The notes under the pieces were generated by a model. It worked only from the letters and a program-made list of their open reading frames with translations. It searched no databases and was not told the origin of the DNA. A program made the position numbers and the translations under genes. A stretch of 64,000 bases of DNA, taken from positions 1,736,180 to 1,800,179 of the forward strand of contig JAQGDQ010000005.1 of NCBI GenBank assembly GCA_030141605.1, given 5' to 3'. Positions 25,741 to 40,100 of this stretch are shown here, in pieces. Source of the stretch: Tubiluchus corallicola. Taxonomy: Eukaryota > Animalia > Priapulida. The first letter of the stretch is position 1. Each line of letters begins with the position of its first letter.

Positions 25741-26520
25741 CTCAATCAGGTGGACCACTTTCCTTATCTGAGAATTCTGCTCTCCGACAAATGCACTTCC
25801 AAAAAGTGTGTGGAGTATCGAATTTAAAAGCTGTGGCATATTGGATTGGAGCAACTCTTCTGGCCTTTGGGAAATTTAGGAAATTAGTCTTTAAGAGCAA
25901 AGATGTTAAGCCAAAAATAAATCTCATGGTCTATCAGGCTGTCATCAACCTTGCAATGTGGCTGAAGAAATTGTATCATTATTATTGTAGTATGAAAAAC
26001 CTTGAATCTTTTCATTGGCAAAACCTTCCCTCCATTGCCAACATTGCCATCTCGAAAGAGCAAACACTCCACAATCATGAGACTGTCTTCATTGATCATA
26101 ACATGTCATAATAAGGCAGGAGACCTCTAAACCGGGCTTCCTCATCAAATTCTTTTCATGTAACTCACAGCTGGCAAAGGACTATTAGAATGTCCTCTTT
26201 GCTACAAAGACGAATTCTGACATTTCTGACATGTTACAATGACCAGTTAAAATACACTCTCAAAACTATGAAAACATTCAAATGTCAATCCCATTAGCTC
26301 TCCAATTGAAGTCAGGAAATTCACAACAGAACCAACTATTTTGAAACCAAAAAGGGAGAGAAATAAAGTGGTAACAGAGCAAGTTTCAGCAAGCTCAACT
26401 GCACACCCAAAAAGTGCCTATTGCCGAATGTTGTCTGTGTCACTATATGTTTCATACAAGAATTCTTTTCTTGACTGATCAATGGCACCACCACAGAAGA
26501 AGAACAACACTAGAACTTAC
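25741..26520 (+). mobile_element. Second decayed RTE-like LINE fragment
   Basis: AFGKFRKLVFKSKDVKPKINLMVYQAVI..KNLESFHWQNL resembles the RTE post-RT region; heavily frameshifted. Confidence 0.65.
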
Positions 26521-28105
26521 ATTCTTGAACACAGTAAAAAGCAAACAAATGATATATATATATATACTGCACAAATTTTTATGTTGTGTTTTAGAAATTT
26601 GTAGCCTCAGCTATGCATTTGAGAGTTATAAAGGGAGAAAGTTACTTGTTCAGTAAATTTCCTTAAAGGTGCACCCGCTTATCTGTGTTATGCTAGATAG
26701 GCTTGGGGGCTGCAGTCATGAAATGTGCAATGCAGTCAGTGCAAGAATATTAACATCTTTTACTCTAAAAACATAATTCTTGACAATTTGAAAAAAAGTA
26801 TAGTCTGAGCTTCAAACAGGCAGATTTGACTACACAGATGTATGTAGGTGAAAGTACGTAATATAAGTTTTATGGCATTGTATTTACACCACATGACATT
26901 TATGACTGATTCTGGTGATTTATTGTATTTCTTTTTTTAGCAACTTATTTTACGAGCTGCAGCTGCAAAAGATATGTATTTTATGATTTTGCGATTTATT
27001 TCAATGTTAGATTCATTAGTTAAAACAAATTTGGATAAATTGTAGATGTTTTAAATGTAAGCTAGCTTAAGAAAGCAGTTATAGCTATGCAATCATAACA
27101 TAGGCATGTGTACGCTTTTGCTATTCAGCAGGATTGTGTGAAAACTGATTAAATATGTTGTGCTGTGAGTGCATGCTATTAAAAGTGTTTGTACCTATAG
27201 TCAAGTATTAACAAGTATGCCATTGAGTTTGGTTTATGTCAATACATATTCGTATAGAATAAGAAACAATGAGCAACATTATTTGAAAACTAGTCTAACA
27301 AACATTTCTTGTGTAAATATGATTAAGTAAATACTTTCTAAAGGTAATATGATTCGACAAAATACATGATTGAATGATGTAAGTAAAATTAATGTGTTTT
27401 CTTGGTGTGTCACGTAGGTAATGCAGTTTGTGCTTCTTCATTTAGAATAATGTTTTTCAGGTATAGTTATACAATAGCTAGATTATATAATAATTATGCT
27501 TACCTGTATATTGAATTCTTAACTGACTGTAGTGCAAAACTTGATTGTTAATGCATCTCTTCAATTTTCATGAATTTACATGGTTCGTAACATTAGCACT
27601 GCACCATAATGGTTCATTATTGGACCTTTTGCTCTTTCATGATCTGATAAAGGTGACGAGAGTTTATTAGTTTTGTTTGATCTAGTACTCTTAGAATGTA
27701 TGTTAAATACCTAAATGTATTTACCTATATGATTAAACAAACTGGCAAACTCGTACATAATTTCAGTTTTTCTGGTGTTGAACAATGTTAGTTACATTTT
27801 ATTTGCACTTTTTGTCGTTTGTTTGTCATTTCATTAAGTTGAATGGTTAATGAACTTTTCAATGAGGTTAGCCTTGGCCCCATTAATTTAAAGTAATACA
27901 TTTCTACAAGTAACACTCAAAAAAATTTAGTGACGAATACTTTGTAATTATCAGTAAAAGACTTTTAATGAAGTAACTAGGTTATTAGGCCAAGTTTGTT
28001 TGATTATCATTGTCATATTCATGAAACAAAACAATTTTCTTTAATTTTATTCTTTACAGTTTTAAAAGTTTGTACTATGACAAAGTGACATGCCACTGTT
28101 AGATC

Positions 28106-31100
28106 ATGTCCCAGTCAGATAGTTTTCACCCTCTACGCAATATTCACTTCTTAACATGGGACGAGGCTGACACAGAAGGGGAGGTACGTACATTCTTAGC
28201 ATGGTGATGACAATGATGGTGCCACCCTCCCCTACTTGCATAACACTTAGCAGTCAAGATTCAAAGTATAATCTGTATACATATGATGATGATGATGATG
28301 ACAATGATGATGCCACCCTCCCTACCCTACCCTACCCTACTTGCATATCTCTTTAAAGTAGACCTCACTTGATTTCCACCTTAAAGAAGCTGGAGCCTTG
28401 CTAGTATTTTTTTATTTCTGTAAGTTATTTATGTTGCTGTTGCTTATTATAATTTGATGCATATTTTTTACTTGGTTAATATTGCAGCACATATACTAAT
28501 CTTACAGAATTTTTTCATATAGTTGAAGCCATTTTTGCAAATACCATGTCATACCTCGAGTAGTGCTGTTCTGCGATATGTACAGGAGACATGGCGTTTA
28601 ACCCCACCTGCTATTATTCTTAGCGTTATCTCTACATCACGGGATATTAAACGCTGGAAAGATCAAAAAGTACGCGAAGACTTTCAACAAGGAGTTATCA
28701 AGGTAAGATTGAATGCAAAAGCTTATGAAATATTGTAGTGCGTTAGAAAAATTTTCATTTATCATGAGCATTTATTGTGCTTTGATAAAATTTCAAAGAT
28801 TGAGGGAACCGTGAATTTTGTTCAGCTCATATTTAGTTTTATTTCAAAGGTTGATTGTTATGGCCTAAATTCATTTTCTTTAATAGGTGGCATAAAAGTA
28901 ATGCATTTTGTTTTGCTCCACATACCTGTAACTGTGTTAATAAAGTGGTACTGTTATTCCTAGTTTTGTGGTAATGTAGTGTATTTTATTAGTAGGAAGT
29001 ACCATTACTTATATTACTGTCAATATTATCCTCAAATTGCACACCTGTCAGTCCTGCTGCTCCTATAACAAAATTGAATGCCACCTAAAAATAATTCAAA
29101 TTTGATACATCATTGGTTTGTATTTTTTATAAATGTGAAACATTTTATGTAAAGGCAGCTAATACTACTGAGTGTTGGATCATAACAAATGGGTTCAATA
29201 GAGGAGTGTCTAAGATTATTGGTGATGCTGTTAAAGAAGAGAAGCTCAGACGTGCAGCAGCACATTCGTACCAGACATATGCTAAGGTAAATGGTAATGG
29301 TGCACTTCGATTTGCATTTGAGATGTTGATGTGATAGTTAATTCATTCATCTTGTTGTTATAACATATCTTAGGCCATAGCTAATCACATGCACAGTAAC
29401 TTTGTAAATTGCAAAAAGTACGGTGTAATTTATGCTAACTATGTTTTTTTGCAGGTGGGATTTCAGAAATCTTCAGCCTATCATGTGATGCCCAAGCTGG
29501 TTGTCGTTGGACTTGCAGAAAGTTCTTTGCTGATTCATAAGGACAGTTTAATGAGCAACACGGATGACGGAGAACACTTTTCTAAACTACAGGTAAACAT
29601 TGGAGGATTAAACCACTGAGCTGTTGCATCTTGGTGTAATTAAAACCTTATTTTTTATTTGTGTTTTTGTGCCGTGTTGTTTTTCTGTGTCATGGAAAAC
29701 AGCTACTTTTAAACCGTGTTTTTTAGAATATTGATCATTGATTAGAATATTGATTAGAGTATTGGACTATAATATCTGTATGATTTTCTGGTAGAGTTGT
29801 GAATTATGTGAAATGTTGTGGTCTTTAAACAATTCTTACTAATTGCAAGAGGTAAACTTTTGCGTAATCTTCCAGAAAGCAGGGATGAAAAATGGGCTGT
29901 TAAATTTTATTCTGAATGAAATTGTTTAAAGATGATTCTTATTGTTTTTAACAATAAGATACAATAAGAATTTACATTTGCTTAATTTCTTTATATTATT
30001 GTGGTGAAAAATGATTACAGAGAACCCAACATGCTTGTTTTCAGGATACAGTAGAGATAAAAAATGACGGTCTTTCCTTACCAGATGATCAACAAGAACT
30101 TAACCCGGATCATACTCATTTTATCATTGTAGATGACAAAACTCCAGATTTTTATGGTTTGATTATTTCTCTATTTCTATTTATTCTTTTAAATGCTTTT
30201 TACTGAGTTGTAAATGATGACTAGAAATACAGTAAGTCCTCTGTTGATGATGCTAATACGTTCTAGCAAAATGTGATGTTGAGCGAACCAAAACTTCCAT
30301 AGAAATTAAGTAAAGGAATTGAGATGTGTTCTAGAGGCAAAAATCAGTGCTACTTAAATCATATAAACTAAACATTTTATTCATTTTTCTGCTGATTAAT
30401 TTTTTTCTGTTTGCTTGAAACCACCTATCTTTCTTGCCAATATCTAGCAAGACTTGCTAGGAGTTTATAGCTGTTAAACACAATGTGTAGTGGAAGCCAG
30501 GCCCTGCATGGAGCAACCTTGAGACAATTTCATGCAGTACTAATCCGGTTTTTATAGCAACAGGTTGCAGACAAAATTCCTTGGCATAATGTTTAAACTC
30601 CATGTGCTTGGAGGCGTATAAATCGGCAAATAGATCTCACGTGATATAAACAGTTAGGAAGCAAAAATATTATAATAATTGCACTGTTTAGGTTACTAAT
30701 ATGTTTTTAGAACAGAATAACTCAGCTAGCAAAGTAAAAATTTGTCATCAAAATGAGACGTGCGTCTTTAAGTGAGAAAACAGTGTCAAATGTTCAACGT
30801 CGTTAAACGCGAGAACTTACTGTATTATAAAACACACAGTGACAAAAGTAAGGGAATTGATGTCTTGCCATTTTCATATTGTCCAGCAGCATAAACAACT
30901 AAATTGGTGATACAAACTACCATGGCAATTCCTGTCTCTAAAAAAAGTATGCAGTTTTTTTAAAATGTGAGCTTGCTGGAGTTGTTGGGTAGTTTCATTT
31001 GTTTGATGTCAACCTTGGATTTCATGGAGTTGGTAGTCTTTCTTAACTATTCAGTCAAGATGTGTTATGAGTAAAGTAGCCATCCTTGTGAGCTGTGAAC

Positions 31101-34100
31101 TGAGTTTTTTATATTGTCATCAGGAAATTTGGCATATACAATATATTTATTCCTCTTCAGTAAAGGAAATAGCCAGAAGCAATTTGGTTGATGAAATTAC
31201 CTAGAACAAGTATTTCTGATAGTTGCCTATCATCTTACTACCAAAGACCAATACTGCTTAACCTTATAGATAAGCACACAATATGCTATTCTTCTTCCTC
31301 TTCCAATTATCAATGTCATTTGTGTGTGCGACATTGCTGGCTTGTTGAGTAATATCTGAATGCAAACACTTAATACTCAGATTGCTCAGAATTTTGTCGA
31401 GCTGCTAGACTGTATAGTAGTCAAATTATTTAGTGAATATTTGTGTTTTTATCTAAGTTTCACTTTTGTTCGTTTGCTACGTTTATGTAATTAATATAAT
31501 TTTTATAATACATAAAGGTGTATTTATTTACAGGGATGCTAGACTTTCGTTTGCGATTACATCGTTACTTAAGTTGTGCCGTGACAACGTCATCTAATTT
31601 AGACATTCGCCAGCTAATTCCACCTTCCAAAGGTGCATATGTTTTGCATATTTTTAGTCTGCTGCATTATTTGGTATTCTGTATAACAATCACTATCTTT
31701 TAACTCGCTGGTGTTTGCTTTACTTTATAAGATGATTTTATATTAATTGTTTCAGTAGTGTCCTTGTGTAGTATTCTTCCAGTTAGATAACTTTGAATGT
31801 TAAAATATAAATTATTATTCTTTTAATTATCTATCATGCAAAATGAATCTTCTTTAATTCACTTGGTTTTCTTTCTTCAACCTGCTGCTTTTATTAATAT
31901 ACTGTTATGAGTTGGAATTGGTTACACAAAACATGGTGAATAAACGGAGATGCATTTGCGACATTACTTCATTTTTATTGCCAGTAAACACACAATAACA
32001 AAAACAAAACATCAGGGCTGTCATCCTGAGCAGCCGACATTACTTCCACCTCAATAACAACTCCCTAACTAGGTCAAAAGCAAGTACAGAACACAGGTGA
32101 GAAGCCAACCTGACGCTTAAATTAAAATCGGCAGGCGGGTCATAACATCTCACCCCCCATAAGAAAAAAAACTGTTTTTTGTTTAGGTTTACTTTAAACA
32201 GTATCTTGATAAGGTGTCCGCTAACACATTGTCTTTACCCTTGACATGTACAATAACTAAATCATACTGTTGGAGGAACAGACTCCATCGCAATAAACGT
32301 TGATTCTTATTTCTGAATCTGTGTAAAAATGTCAATGGATTATGGTCCGTAAATACAACAGTGGGTGAGTGATTACAAGTAACATAAATCTCGAAATGTT
32401 GCATAGCCAAACTGTGTAAAGAACTTCAGCAAAGCATCAACTACTGCTGCAGTTGTCATCTCCTTTAAAGGTATAGCTTCTGGAAACCTCGTCGTCAGAT
32501 CCATAATAGTAAGAAGATACTGATATCCTGACTTTGTTTTCGGCAGTGGCCCTACACAGTCAATTAGGGTTCTGCTGGATGGTTCCTCAAATATTGGAAG
32601 TGGATTAAGTGGAGCTATAGGAATTTTCTGGTTTGGTTTGCCCACCATTTGGCACACATGACAAGTTTTACAAAATTGAGAGACATCTTTTCTCAACTTT
32701 GGCCAAAAGAAGTGTTGTAAAATTTTATCCTGCGTCTTCTTAACACCTGCGTGTCCGGCTAATGGCAATTCATGGGCTATCTTCATTAGTTCTTTACGGT
32801 AACGTTGTGGTACTACAATTTGGTGGTGTACACGCCAATCTTCATCTGCTGGAGCATCTGGTGGTCTCCACTTTCTCATGAGTACTTTAGACTGCATGTA
32901 GTAGCCTTCTGAAACATTGTCAATTTCCTCTTGTGACATGACTAGTGAAAAGAGCTTGTTAAGAGAAGGATCATTTGTCTGTGCCTTAATAAGTTCCTCT
33001 TGTTTCAGAGATAATGTTGGTGAATTTTTATCCATCTGTTCGGCAAACGTGTGGCTTAAAGCCGTGGAACCACTTTGGTTCTCTCTTGGGAAGGTAGACG
33101 GTGGTGAACTATCTTTGTCATCCACTTGTTCTGAGCTGCTGTCTTCGTTAGTCTGAGCCTGTGATCTTGTTACAACACAAGCAGGAAAAATTCCAGGATG
33201 CATTTCTTCAAGAATTTCAGTTTCCGCATCCATTTTTGGCTCAGGAGTGACAATAGGTGTAGCGGTTATAACCTCATCCCCAGCAACATCATTGCCAAGT
33301 AATAGGGACACTCCATCTACTGGAATGTGAGAAACAATTCCTACTGTCACGGGACCTTTAACATAGTCCGAATTCAAGTTGATTCTGTGAAGTGGTACAT
33401 CTATGTATCCTCCTTCAATACCTTGAATTAAAGCGCTAGCATTTGGATAAGAAGTTTCATCAAGAGGGATTACACCCTGTAATAATAGTGACTGAGCAGC
33501 TCCTGTGTCTCGTAAAATTGTAACAGGTTTAATTGTGTCCACAGACGACACTGGCGACACTTCACCTGACGATAGAAAACTGTTATAGGTATCTTCTTTT
33601 GAAGAATTGTGGGCAAAAGCAACTGGAGAGCCGGCTCGCTGCTTTTGTCGTAAGAGAATCCGACACTCTGATTTGAGATGCCCTTTCTTGCGGCAATATG
33701 CACATGTAGGCCCATCACGTGCATAGCCTCCTCCCGATGCATCTTTATTATCTTGGTGGCGGCCTCCTTTAGAGCTTACAGTTTCTGAATGAGCAGTTTT
33801 TTCTTTTTCTAGAAATTTGAAGCAGTCTGTTTTAACATGACCTTTTTTGTTACAATAGGTGCACTGTACAGATTTAAAATTAGTTTTATTTGCTAATTCA
33901 TAATCATCTGCCATAACAGACGCTTTTTGCAAAGAGTCTACCTTTTGATTCTCCAAATGCGTTTTGATCTGCATAGGGATACTGCTTTTAAAATCTTCCA
34001 ATAAAACCATTTGTCTTAGTTTTTCATAAGATTCCCCAACGTTTAATGAACGACACCATCTGTCTAACATAACTTCTTTATTTCTTGCAAACTCGACATA

Positions 34101-37100
34101 AGTTTGATTTGACCCTTTCCGACTGTTCCTAAATCGTTGGCGATAGGCTTCTGGTACTAATTCATATGCCTTTAGCACAGCGGATTTCAATTGTTCATAA
34201 TTTGAACTCTGAGTGGAGGGTAGAGAAGAGTAAATCTCCTGTGCTTTGCCTGTAAAACTGCTTTGTAACAATACAGGCCAATGAGCTTTTGGCCATTTAA
34301 GATTGTTGGCAATTTTCTCAAAGGTTAGAAAAAATGTTTCAACATCTGTTTCACTAAATTTAGGTACAAGGCGAATGTTTTTTATAACATCAAAAGTTTG
34401 GTTATTGGCTTGCTGAGCCCCCAAATTAGTGGATGCTGTTAACAATTCCAGCTCTTTCATCTTAACGTTGTACTCCCTATCTCTTTGCCTTTCTTTGTCC
34501 TGATATTCCAACCTTAATTTTTCAAGTTCCATCCTTTCACGTTCGAGTGCAATTTTTGCTAACTCAAGTTCATTCCTATCTGTTCTAGTGGGAGTATGCA
34601 CAGGAATATGAGGAGATTTACTAATTACAGATTTCTCCCCTTCACGTGGTCTAGCTGTTTTCAAAATTTCTGGGTTCCCGAGAATTTCAATAATTTTTGC
34701 TTTTCCAGCACTAGTGGGCAACTCAATATTCAGGTAATCGGCCAGGGCAAGTAAATTGTCTTTTGTGAGTTTATCTAATCTGGGCAAGGTTACCAAGCCC
34801 CCTTTCCAAAACATTTCTGGGTCAAATGTCGCCATAGTTCAGTAATTAGTACAATTACTACAATATAACTTTATGAGACAAGCCTACCAACTAGCTACAC
34901 AACGTACTGTACAATACTTAACTTTCAACAATACCGATTAGGCACCCCTTGGGCAAGTTATCCGTGGGGGAGCACACGTAAGCGTAACAATAGTAGTGCA
35001 ATTAGCCTAGTAAAAGAAAGCGTTAGGTGATAATTAACAAGATTGCAAATTGTTCACCAAACTGCTTTAAAACAAAATCAATGAGTCCAATAAATATCAT
35101 TCGTTTTTTTCCTTTACTACTGCAGTACTTGTGTGGAAATATCTCTGATCAATGCACTGCTTGTCTAGCTGGCTTCCTCACGTGATACGAGTTTCGGTGT
35201 AGCTTGTACTAATCTGTAGATATACCTGCGACGATTTGACAGTAGCCCCCGACCTATACATACACGCTTGTAGCCTCAAGGTCGTTATCCCTAGTCTAAC
35301 GCAGCTACTTGGCTCAGTTCCAGCAAATACAGACGATTGTTACCCACAGTATTTTATGCAGTATTCCCGCAAAGCAGAATGAAATTTGTCTCGTTTTTAC
35401 CCAGAAATTCACAAAAGCATAATCCTGAATTCGAGTATAACGTTTGTCGAAACATTATTCTCAGTTCACTTGTAGCAACAGAACTTCGTGACCTCTACAC
35501 ATTTCTCATGTACTTTAGAGATGCTTTATATTAGTATGAAGTTTGTATACTTCATCATGTTAGCAACGTTTCTCAGTAATTCGGAATTTTCCAATGAGCG
35601 AATATGCGAATATTTCCAGACCCTGACAGACGAACAGACAGAGACAGTTCATACTTGATATGATGATAAATCAGACGACATCAAACAGTTACTGTGTAGA
35701 AAAATGAGCCGTAACTTACAGTTTGTCCATTGTCAGCTTTATTAACCGTGGAATTAAAGATTTAGCATCAACACAAAAAAATTCATCGTGACGTTGCACA
35801 GTAATTAAAACGAAAAGCGTTCAGACGAAATTCATTGCAACTCGTCGGTTGATTCATCCCGGACGAGCCCCCACTTTGTTATGAGTTGGAATTGGTTACA
35901 CAAAACATGGTGAATAAACGGAGATGCATTTGCGACATTACTTCATTTTTATTGCCAGTAAACACACAATAACAAAAACAAAACATCAGGGCTGTCATCC
36001 TGAGCAGCCGACATTACTTCCACCTCAATAACAACTCCCTAACTAGGTCAAAAGCAAGTACAGAACACAGGTGAGAAGCCAACCTGACGCTTAAATTAAA
36101 ATCGGCAGGCGGGTCATAACATCACTCATTAAAAATGTTTGTTTTCTCATGTTTTTAGAACTATATATCAGGGAGGAATCGATTACTGCTGGGAGTGGGT
36201 CAGAGGTTGGTTCGGTGGCCCAGGAAGGCTGTATCACCACTCCGGTTGTTAGTATTGTGATTCAAGGTGATGTCAATGCCATCAATATCGTACTGGTTCA
36301 TTTAAAACTGAGATTGCCCGTTATAGTTTTGAAAGGCACGGGTTTTGCAGCAGACTTGATTGCTTTCGCATTTGAAGAATTGCAGGAAAGGTAAAGTTAA
36401 GACATACTGCAAATTTGTAGATCTTGTTATTGATACTAATAAAATTTTATTACTTGTTAACCTGTCTGATTTTTAGTGGTTGCAAGAACTGCTGCAGCTA
36501 AACTGTTTAAACTTTAAAGTTACTTGACTAATGTGTGGAAAAGATTCTGCCATCCTGCTTTGCCTCATCATGGCACTATTCATATTCATTTGCTTAAATA
36601 AAATTTATAAATTTAACGTCATTTCCCTAAGGATTTTTATGACATACATTTCTAATTTTGCCATTGTGACTGATCTGTAGTGCTTATGTCATTAAAAATT
36701 ACACCAATTATGGACTAGTTTGTTACATTAATTTGTTGAAAATTTCCTTCTCAATTTCCTTCAAACTTTGAAATTATTTGATTTTAATTAGAACAATATT
36801 TTTCATGTTATAAATGCAGACATTTTGACATTTTGTATAAACCCTGTTGGACTTTTTGACACTTGCAAGATTTCTTTATTTTTAGCACGGATCCAGAATA
36901 TATTAGTTCATACGTGAAGCCCGAGTTATCTCGGCGTATCAGCAAGATGTTTCCAGCAGAGTGCGCCAGTGACAGCATTGCTAGGAAACGCTGCCGAGAT
37001 CGCATTATAGAATGTTATAACCTCCGAAAACAGGTGCATTATACAATTAGTGATTATAGTCATTATATTGGTTTTGAATTTGACTTTATTGCTATGATGT

Positions 37101-40100
37101 TTTGTGTTGTTTTTAGTAGCTTTTGTCGTGGTGTGTAGAACTTGGATAATGTTAAGTGCCTTTCGTGTACACCTGTGCCGGACATGTGTCACTACGTGCA
37201 TCAAACAACCCCTGCTGTTTTTTTTTTGTGTATATGTGCTGACATCTGAAATGTGTTCGTTAGGTAGCTGCACTACCAATGCAATAAATTTAATATTATT
37301 GTTTTTAGGGAAAACGCACTTACCTTACAGTTATTGATGTGAAATCTGCTTCGTGTGATTTAAAGAATTTGCCTGAGTACATACTTATCGCTTTGTTCAG
37401 AGGTATGTTTTGTTCTTATTGTCACTCGTAAATTTTAAAGACGTCTTTGCCATTTTAGCTGAGCATACAAATAATTTAAACATCAAAAAAAGTGTAAAAG
37501 CATTTGCTTTTGTGACATAGAAAGTAGAAATTTTGTGTGTTGCTGACATCTTGTGACAAATTTCATATTTTTTCGACATTTAGGTCGAGTTAACCTGTTT
37601 CGTTGGAATTTTTAAGATGCATAGTGTTAGGTTTCTGGGCTTCCCATAGCATTTTAATGATAGATTAACATTTCAACAATTGATTAACTAGTGTTAGGTT
37701 TTGACACTATTCATGCTATGATAGAATAGGCAACAAAGTCTGTGAAATTTGTTTAGAAATCTAACATCTGTTTTCTAAAATGGCCACTAAAGTAACTGCT
37801 CAATTTTAGGCCAGAGATTAGTATCAGGTCAACATATTGAAGTCAATATTAAATGAGAGACATTTTGACTTTTTCACATAATCATTTCTTAAGAGTGTTT
37901 TCTAACGTCAAAATGTCGAATCAGGGGCCTAAATAGTAGCTAAATGTTACAGTGTAATTAACGTCACTCGAAATTTTTGCAATATTAAATTTTTAAGACA
38001 TCACTAAAAAGTTTAAAGCAACACATTTCCTGTCATGCTCGTGCAAATAGAGACACATTTGCTGATTTCACTACTTGTTGATATAGGGGAATTTATTATT
38101 ATATAATTGAATATTTTCGTAGTCACTTTATTTTAGTATTAACCATTGTTGAACAGAAGTCAGTGCATTTCAGCTCAGTCACCACCGGGGCTCGAATTTT
38201 CATATCAAATGCACCGAGATCTTTCACTAACCTTAGACTGGAATTGTCCAGAATTAGCAGCAACACAGATATTCCTGAGATTTGATGGAGCTAAAGTTAA
38301 AGTGAGTCTATATTGACTTTTACTTTCCAAAATTTCGAGATTTGCAACAAGAACATTTGGCTATCAGAGATCAAACCAGCTGTTAGTTTAACATGTGTAA
38401 CACCTTGATTTTAGCACTTGTGAATATTTCCTTTGTAATAGAGTTTGATTAGAGTATAAAATAAAACACTAGCAGTATATTGCAATGGGGTATTACATTT
38501 TTAAATTTTCTAAGGCCTATTATATATAACTTCCTTGCTGTAATGTTAAGTAATATTTTGAAAGCAACAGTGCATGATAGAACAGTTTTTCACGGAACAC
38601 ATGCCATTTTATTGTTCCTTTTCTTCCAATTTGCATTGCAAAAGACTGAATTTGTATGTATGCTGAAAAACGAGACCAAGCTCATTGTTTACGTTTGTGC
38701 TACTCAAAGATTGTGTTTCTTAAATGACGCATCTGTACATTCTTGCCTTTATTTTTGATCATCTGTATTTTTGCAGTAGCAGAAGCAGTAGCAGCAGTTT
38801 AAAGAAGGTCTCAGCTTCAAGTACAGGAGGTTTCATTTGCTGCATGTTAGAAAATATTTTTCAAGTATGAGTGTTGTAAAAATCATTAAATCCAAAAGGC
38901 AACTTATACATACAAATTATTTTTAAAGGCAAAACAGCCAGTCAAATTGTCTCCTATATTTGTATGTTTTGTCGCTTGTTTTAGATTGAAAAGCATGTGT
39001 TTGAACAAGCTGTGCTGAGGAAACATCGTGAAAAGTTTGTGGAATTGTTTCTCAACCAAAGTTTTCAAATACACCAATACCTTACCCACAAGAAGCTAGA
39101 GATGTTATTTGAGCGAGCAGAAGATCAAAACTTTTTTATAACTGTTTGTTGTGGAGGAATTCTGGGATATACATTTGTGAGTATCACATGTATATTATAT
39201 ATATTTGGTAATATATAATATAAATATATAATATTATATATATTTGGTAATATATTTTGTATATTATATATATATATATATAAATAAATTTCAATGTGAA
39301 GAGCATCATTACATGCTTAGATTTTTCATAGCAGGATAAAAAAATTTTGAATTCACTTTCAGGACAAGACAACAGGTGATAATTACAGGGATGTCATGAA
39401 TTATATGTTAGGAATTCTTACTGGAAATGTTTACCAAATTGACTGCTACGAGTTGTCTAATAATGCAATGGGTGTTAGCCATTTAGAAGCTGCCGCAGGA
39501 GAAAGAAAGGTAATGAATGTAATTTGCAGTGTGTATGTTGAAATATTCATTTTTTTTGCTCTGACAAATAGATTTTTAAAGTTGTCAAAAATTTGACAAC
39601 TATGACAAAATTTTGTAATTTAATAATTTTTTTTTTTGCATTCCATAACTTAGCTTATTGCATTGACAAAATGTATGCAAATAGCTATCAAACATTTTAA
39701 CTACTTTATGGTGACAGAGCTTATGTGAGCTCATTCTTTGTAGGCTCGAAATGCGCTCATCATGTGGGCAGTGTTATTCAACAGGTCAGAACTAGTGAAG
39801 GTATTGTGGCGACAATCGGAAGAACCACTAGTTGTTGCTCTTATTGTGAGCCGAATGTATAAAATGTTCGCACGTTCTTATGTACAGTCACATCTAGTAA
39901 CCGACATGGAACTGTTAGCTGAGTAAGTTAGTATTTTCATTCTTGATCATCTATAGATGATGCCATTGTTAGTGTTTGTAAATTGATTTCTGGATTTTGT
40001 TCTCTTTCTTCAGTTTATTTAGAATTATTTTCAAGAAAAAGTAGATGTATTTTCATTCTTGATCATATATGGATGATGCCATTGTTAGTGTTTATAAATT

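Larger units (their letters stand above)
31903..36121 (-). mobile_element. Gmr1-like Ty3/Gypsy LTR retrotransposon, internally deleted (non-autonomous), in intron 6 of the TRP gene
   Basis: Two identical 245-bp LTRs (TGTTATGA...TCATAACA), tRNA-Pro PBS, polypurine tract, and a gag-PR-IN(partial) ORF abutting an RNase H C-terminal remnant. Confidence 0.95.

Noticed and set aside
35856-35873. tRNA gene
   Set aside because: Only the 18-nt complement of a tRNA-Pro 3' end (PBS); no cloverleaf.
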